Of a stretch of 42,421 nucleotides of DNA, positions 38,011-42,421 are shown piece by piece. A program made the position numbers and the translations under genes. Origin of the DNA: Oligoflexus sp. (GTDB lineage Bacteria; Bdellovibrionota_B; Oligoflexia; Oligoflexales; Oligoflexaceae). Under the pieces are notes generated by a model that was given only the letters and a program-made list of their open reading frames with translations, was not told the DNA's origin and did not search any database. The stretch's first letter is position 1. Each line of letters begins with the position of its first letter. The stretch spans positions 1 through 42,421 of the forward strand of contig JBGSTX010000200.1 of the NCBI GenBank assembly GCA_041736305.1, written 5' to 3'.

Positions 38011-38990
38011 AATTTTTTCCACTCCAGCACAAAATAACCCAGAGCTCCATCGCTCTCCCTCTGGAGGATATGCTGAGCCAGCAGCCGATCAGCGACGGTA
38101 AGATAGGTTTTGGCAATATCTGACTGCGGGAAGTGCGTTACAGCAGGACGGCCGCTGTCGGAAGCTTCGCCGATCCGGGGATCGAGAGGTATTTCGGCTA
38201 GCAGATTGGTGCCGTACTCTGTAGCAATTTTTTGTCCTCCCCCTTGACCGAAAAGATAGTGCTTTTTCGTACACTGATCGCAAACGAAGTAGCTCATATT
38301 TTCGATAACGCCCAGCAGCGGCACATTCAGAGTCTGAAACATGGAGACGGCTTTTCGCACGTCGATGAGCGACAATTCTTGAGGCGTCGTTACAATGATA
38401 GCACCGCTGAGAGGCACGCTCTGCGCGAGCGTTAACTGTATATCACCAGTTCCGGGCGGTAGGTCTATGACGAGATAATCGAGCTCACCCCAGGCAACCT
38501 GCGTCAAGAACTGCTTGAGCACCTGAGCGGCCATGGGCCCCCGCAGCATCTGCGCCTGACCCGCTGCAGCGAACATGGCCACTGAGATGACTTTCACACC
38601 TTCAACCAAGGGCGGCTCTATGAGTTCGCCTTCGAGCATCTGTGGTCGAGCGGCCCTTGTCATATGCTGCTGGGAAGGTCCGTATACATCCGCATCGACC
38701 AGACCTACTTTTTTGCCAAGCTTTTGCAAAGCTAGGGCTAGATTCAAAGCGACTGTCGACTTCCCGACTCCGCCTTTGCCAGAGCCCACGGCTATCAGGT
38801 GCCGTACTGCTTCGAGAGTGCCGGTCTTAGGCATCTGCTTCGGCGTAGCCTTAGCAATCGGTGGGGCCAGCGGGCTGATGGATGTTGCAGCTCGCTGTGC
38901 CACTTCCTGATCAAGCTCTGGACTCGGAGCTTGGCTTTGGCTTTGGCCTTTGCCAGCGATCTTGTCTTGCATGCGCTTAAAAAAATTCAA
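38007..38990 (-). CDS. apbC: Mrp/ApbC/NBP35 Fe-S cluster carrier ATPase
   Basis: SGKGGVGKST, DADVYGPS, WGELDYLVIDLPPGTGD, ENMS.F.C..C. Confidence 0.9.
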   Translation of the reverse strand: MNFFKRMQDKIAGKGQSQSQAPSPELDQEVAQRAATSISPLAPPIAKATPKQMPKTGTLEAVRHLIAVGSGKGGVGKSTVALNLALALQKLGKKVGLVDADVYGPSQQHMTRAARPQMLEGELIEPPLVEGVKVISVAMFAAAGQAQMLRGPMAAQVLKQFLTQVAWGELDYLVIDLPPGTGDIQLTLAQSVPLSGAIIVTTPQELSLIDVRKAVSMFQTLNVPLLGVIENMSYFVCDQCTKKHYLFGQGGGQKIATEYGTNLLAEIPLDPRIGEASDSGRPAVTHFPQSDIAKTYLTVADRLLAQHILQRESDGALGYFVLEWKKL

Positions 38991-39005
38991 GCTCTCTTCC
39001 CTTTC

Positions 39006-39938
39006 TTAGGCTTCCCATTCTTCAAGATAATGCTGAGCCTGGATCGCCGCTTGACAACCCATCCCGGCCGCTGTGATGGCCTGACGGAAGTTGGGGTCGG
39101 CGATATCACCCGCAGCAAAGATGCCGGGGGTGCGGGTTTTAGTAAAATCTTTGACCTTGATGTATCCGTTGGCATCCAGGTCGACATAATCCTTGAACAC
39201 GCCTGAATTTGGTGTGTGACCTATCGCATAGAAGAGGCCATCTACCTTGAGATCTTCTTTAGCCCCGGTATCGATATTTTCCAAGACAACACCCGTCAGA
39301 CCCGTTTGATCCGAAAGGAGCTCAGTAGCCGTAAACGGTATCTTGAACTTGATTTTCGGATTAGCCTGAACACGTTGGAGCATGATAGGTGAAGCGCGGA
39401 ATACGTCGCGTCGATGAATAAGGATGACTTCACTGCAGAGCTTGGAGAGATAGCTCGCTTCTTCCATTGCAGAATCACCACCGCCAATGACGGCGACGCG
39501 CTTGCCTTTATAGAAAAAGCCATCGCAGGTAGCACAAGTCGAGACGCCCCGTCCCATGAGTTGAGCTTCATTAGGTAGTTTCAGAGTTTTAGCGGTAGCT
39601 CCCGTCGAAAGGATGACGACCTTCGCGTGAATTTCTTCAGAGTCAGTCCAAAGCTTTTTGATGGGTCCAGAAAAATCCGCCTTGGTGATCATCTCGTAAA
39701 TGATCTCCGTCCCAAAACGTTCTGCCTGAGCACTCATGTTCTGCATGAGCTCGGGCCCCATAATGCCGTGCTCATGCCCCGGCCAGTTTTCGACTTCAGT
39801 TGTTGTAGTAAGCTGACCGCCGTGCAGAAGGCCCGCATAGATAACGGGGCTTAGGCTCGCACGAGCCGTATAAATAGCCGCCGTCAAACCGGCGGGACCT
39901 GTTCCCACAATAACGACAGAATGAACTTTTTGCACCAT
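39006..39938 (-). CDS. trxB: Thioredoxin-disulfide reductase
   Basis: GTGPAGLTAAIY, GGQL.TTTEVENWPG, CATCDG, GGGDSAMEEA, RQAITAAG. Confidence 0.97.
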   Translation of the reverse strand: MVQKVHSVVIVGTGPAGLTAAIYTARASLSPVIYAGLLHGGQLTTTTEVENWPGHEHGIMGPELMQNMSAQAERFGTEIIYEMITKADFSGPIKKLWTDSEEIHAKVVILSTGATAKTLKLPNEAQLMGRGVSTCATCDGFFYKGKRVAVIGGGDSAMEEASYLSKLCSEVILIHRRDVFRASPIMLQRVQANPKIKFKIPFTATELLSDQTGLTGVVLENIDTGAKEDLKVDGLFYAIGHTPNSGVFKDYVDLDANGYIKVKDFTKTRTPGIFAAGDIADPNFRQAITAAGMGCQAAIQAQHYLEEWEA

Positions 39939-40154
39939 TGAGGAATCCCTTATCTGTCCAAAGGCACTGACGCAGGGAAACATACCAGTCCGCTGCCGGG
40001 CTGTCATCAATCGTGCATTGTTTTTGGCTCCACTTGTCATGGCGTCATTATGGCTACAAACTTCTTCGGTGGCTTAGCGATGCAAGTTCTGGCTCGACGC
40101 GTTATGATGAGCGGCATTCAACCGTGTTTCCCGCGGATAGACGAGAGGTTTAGA

Positions 40155-40805
40155 ATGGATTTTGCCTTTGGTGCGCACATCGTAAATATGATGATAGCTC
40201 TGATCATCTCCTTGACCGTTCATGAAGCTACGCATGCTTTCATGGCTCGCGTCTATGGCGACCGCACAGCTCAACTGGATGGTCGTCTCACTCTCAACCC
40301 GGTGCCCCACATCGATCCCATCGGCACTCTCCTCTTTCCTTTGATTGGGGCTGTATTGGGGGGTTTTATCTTCGGCTGGGCTAAACCAGTACCGATCGAT
40401 CCCCGCAACTTTCGCAACCAAAAATGGGGCCAGATCATCGTTGCTGGCAGTGGTCCGTTTTCGAATCTCTTGCTAAGCTTTGTCTCGCTCATCATCGTCT
40501 ATCTCATCGGCCCCGCTCAGGATGGGACTATTTGGTTGGCATTCAGTCGGCTGGCAACAGCTATGGTTTCGGTGAACGCGATACTCGCTATCTTCAATAT
40601 GATCCCCGTGCACCCCCTCGATGGTGGCGCGGTGCTCTACGAACTTCTCCCCTACGAAGGCAAACGCAAGTATGAAGAATACGTTATGCCCTATGGGTCT
40701 TTTGCCCTGCTGGGACTGATGCTCTTAGGTGGATTCGCTTGGATCGGAGCACTGGCAGGGGTTTGGGTTCACCTATCGGAAAGAATCATCAATAGCCTTC
40801 TCTGA
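40155..40805 (+). CDS. Site-2 protease (peptidase M50) family protein
   Basis: HEATH, GRLTLNP..HID..GT, GWAKPVP, FNMIPVHPLDGG. Confidence 0.93.
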   Translation: MDFAFGAHIVNMMIALIISLTVHEATHAFMARVYGDRTAQLDGRLTLNPVPHIDPIGTLLFPLIGAVLGGFIFGWAKPVPIDPRNFRNQKWGQIIVAGSGPFSNLLLSFVSLIIVYLIGPAQDGTIWLAFSRLATAMVSVNAILAIFNMIPVHPLDGGAVLYELLPYEGKRKYEEYVMPYGSFALLGLMLLGGFAWIGALAGVWVHLSERIINSLL

Positions 40806-40971
40806 GAGTCCTTCCGAATTATTTCTGATTTCTCCGAAAGGTTAATGACTTACTCTGATCAGAGCGTCTCCGCCTTGCTAAAACGGGCCCCTATTGCAGA
40901 CGATCGAGTACGAAGGCTCTGCAATAAGATGCATCCGCTTAGGTCCTAAGGATCAGTGCAGAGGAGCACCT

Positions 40972-41322
40972 ATGTTCGAAATCACAAGTCATGCGGAAAG
41001 CAAAACGAGCCGCGAGAAAATTAGAAATCAGATCAAGGCTGAGGTTACGATCAATGTCCTGCGCTTCGCGGGCGATATCATTATGTGGTCAGAGGAAAAC
41101 ATCCAGAAGGTCTTGAGTCTTCTATCAAATCAACTCAAGACGGATGACGATGAAGTGATAGAAGCTCTGCATCAGCTCGATCATGAGGGCGTCATTCACT
41201 TCATCGGTGCCAGTGATATCTTCCTGGTTCCCCACCCGAGTCTGCTCGAACCCTATGAGCATGAGCGCCATGCGGAGCTCTTGCATTGGGTACTAGAAAC
41301 GCGCTTAGCTCGCGAAGCTTAG
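40972..41322 (+). CDS. Hypothetical protein
   Basis: GAGGAG RBS before ATG 40972; 116-aa acidic ORF. Confidence 0.6.
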   Translation: MFEITSHAESKTSREKIRNQIKAEVTINVLRFAGDIIMWSEENIQKVLSLLSNQLKTDDDEVIEALHQLDHEGVIHFIGASDIFLVPHPSLLEPYEHERHAELLHWVLETRLAREA

Positions 41323-41363
41323 ACTGTGTCTGTTTTTTTTGAAAAGTTCCGTCACGAGAGGCG

Positions 41364-42299
41364 TCACGCTGATTTGATCACCAAACCGGCCTTGTTTATA
41401 TAACCAGCCTTGTCGCCTTGTCTGAACAAAGCCCAACCTTGACAGAAGTCTTCGATGAAGTCGAAGGTCGGTGGCAATAGCCACTGACCTTCGTCGTTTA
41501 TAAATCCCCACTTATTTTCGGCGACAACCCTAGCGCATTTATCTTGGAAAGGATGCGCTTGCTGAAAATTACTTTGAATGCATCGCGTTCCAGTAGAGTC
41601 AACATAGAACCACTTGCTGCCATCGAGTGAAACCGGAATTTTTCCTTCGGTAAATTCGCCTACTGATGCATAGATATGCGGAATGATCAGCTGCCCTTGT
41701 TTATTAATAACTCCCCACTTACCTTTCTCAAAAACGGGGGCCATCCCATTGCAGAAGTCCTCGCCGTTTTCAAAGAAATGAGTTCCAAGCTGCTGGGCAC
41801 GGGGGTCGATGTAGTATGTTTTTAAGGTCTCGGCGACTTCCTGGACGCGTGCCAGACCATCGATGTAATCACCCGCCCAGTCATAGCGAGGAGCGATGAG
41901 GACCTTTCCCTTACTGTCCAAATAGCCCCAGCGACCCTTGGTATTGTAGCGAGCACGATTTTGAAACATCGGCCCTACGAAGTCATATTCAGGCTTCACC
42001 ATCCAATTTCCGCTCGTATCGATGACTCCCCATTTGATGCTTCCGCTTTTCGGATGGATCATAGCGACTGCAGCACTTCCTTCCCAGAAGCCTAGACTAT
42101 CGAAATAGATGCAGGGAATCACTTCCTGGCCGGATTTGTTGACAAATCCAACATATTTGCCTTTCTTCACAAGCGCGAATTCGCCGGAAAAATGTGAAGC
42201 ACCTTGATAGATTGGTGGTATAACCCAGGTGCCTTCGGCATCAATAAATCCCCAGGTGTTGTTATTCGATACAAAAGGTAATAATTCGCGCTGAGCCAT
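41364..42299 (-). CDS. WG-repeat (KWG Leptospira-type) protein
   Basis: Multiple WGFID..G..VI.P.Y..A..F..G.A.V repeats. Confidence 0.9.
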   Translation of the reverse strand: MAQRELLPFVSNNNTWGFIDAEGTWVIPPIYQGASHFSGEFALVKKGKYVGFVNKSGQEVIPCIYFDSLGFWEGSAAVAMIHPKSGSIKWGVIDTSGNWMVKPEYDFVGPMFQNRARYNTKGRWGYLDSKGKVLIAPRYDWAGDYIDGLARVQEVAETLKTYYIDPRAQQLGTHFFENGEDFCNGMAPVFEKGKWGVINKQGQLIIPHIYASVGEFTEGKIPVSLDGSKWFYVDSTGTRCIQSNFQQAHPFQDKCARVVAENKWGFINDEGQWLLPPTFDFIEDFCQGWALFRQGDKAGYINKAGLVIKSA

Positions 42300-42421
42300 C
42301 GCTCTTCCCCCTGAAAATGCACCACGATAGCTTTTCGTCCAAGCTGAGCATTGCCTGAGTTTAAGCTTCAAATATTCATTACAATCAAATACTTAAGAAG
42401 ATAAAAGCCTGCTCCTCTCTT

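Noticed and set aside
1-42421. CRISPR array, cas genes, rRNA, tmRNA, RNase P or SRP RNA
   Set aside because: No regularly spaced repeat-spacer array and no signature sequences were seen by eye

Overview
Bacterial chromosomal window of roughly even GC content. The gene repertoire suggests Bdellovibrionota/Oligoflexia, which is an inference. The left part has the end of a surface-polysaccharide locus (methyltransferases, flippase) and a three-gene unit resembling the Zorya ZorAB motor: a MotB/OmpA protein with a very long coiled coil, a MotA/ExbB-like protein and a cNMP-binding protein. The centre (~12.3-22.6 kb) is a tandem island array at the 3' end of a tRNA-Ile(GAT) gene. It carries a DUF3800 gene, an internally deleted IS256 relic, a satellite-like replicon (iteron-like repeats, XRE repressor, Prim-Pol/DUF3987 gene), a duplicated tRNA 3' half, a decayed second Prim-Pol and an intact four-gene operon. 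That operon encodes two secreted proteins, a lipoprotein with a PT-TG pre-toxin domain and C-terminal toxin domain, and a small immunity-like protein. The right part is mostly housekeeping: mutM, a non-canonical parAB pair with two upstream 19-bp palindromes, icmF, UDP-glucuronate decarboxylase, sucCD, a macrodomain gene, murB, a P450, Mrp/ApbC, trxB, an M50 protease and a WG-repeat protein. The best candidates for undescribed systems are the lipoprotein toxin operon, the ZorAB-like/cNMP unit, and the ParAB pair with its own palindrome. All family calls come from reading motifs by eye; no searches were run.
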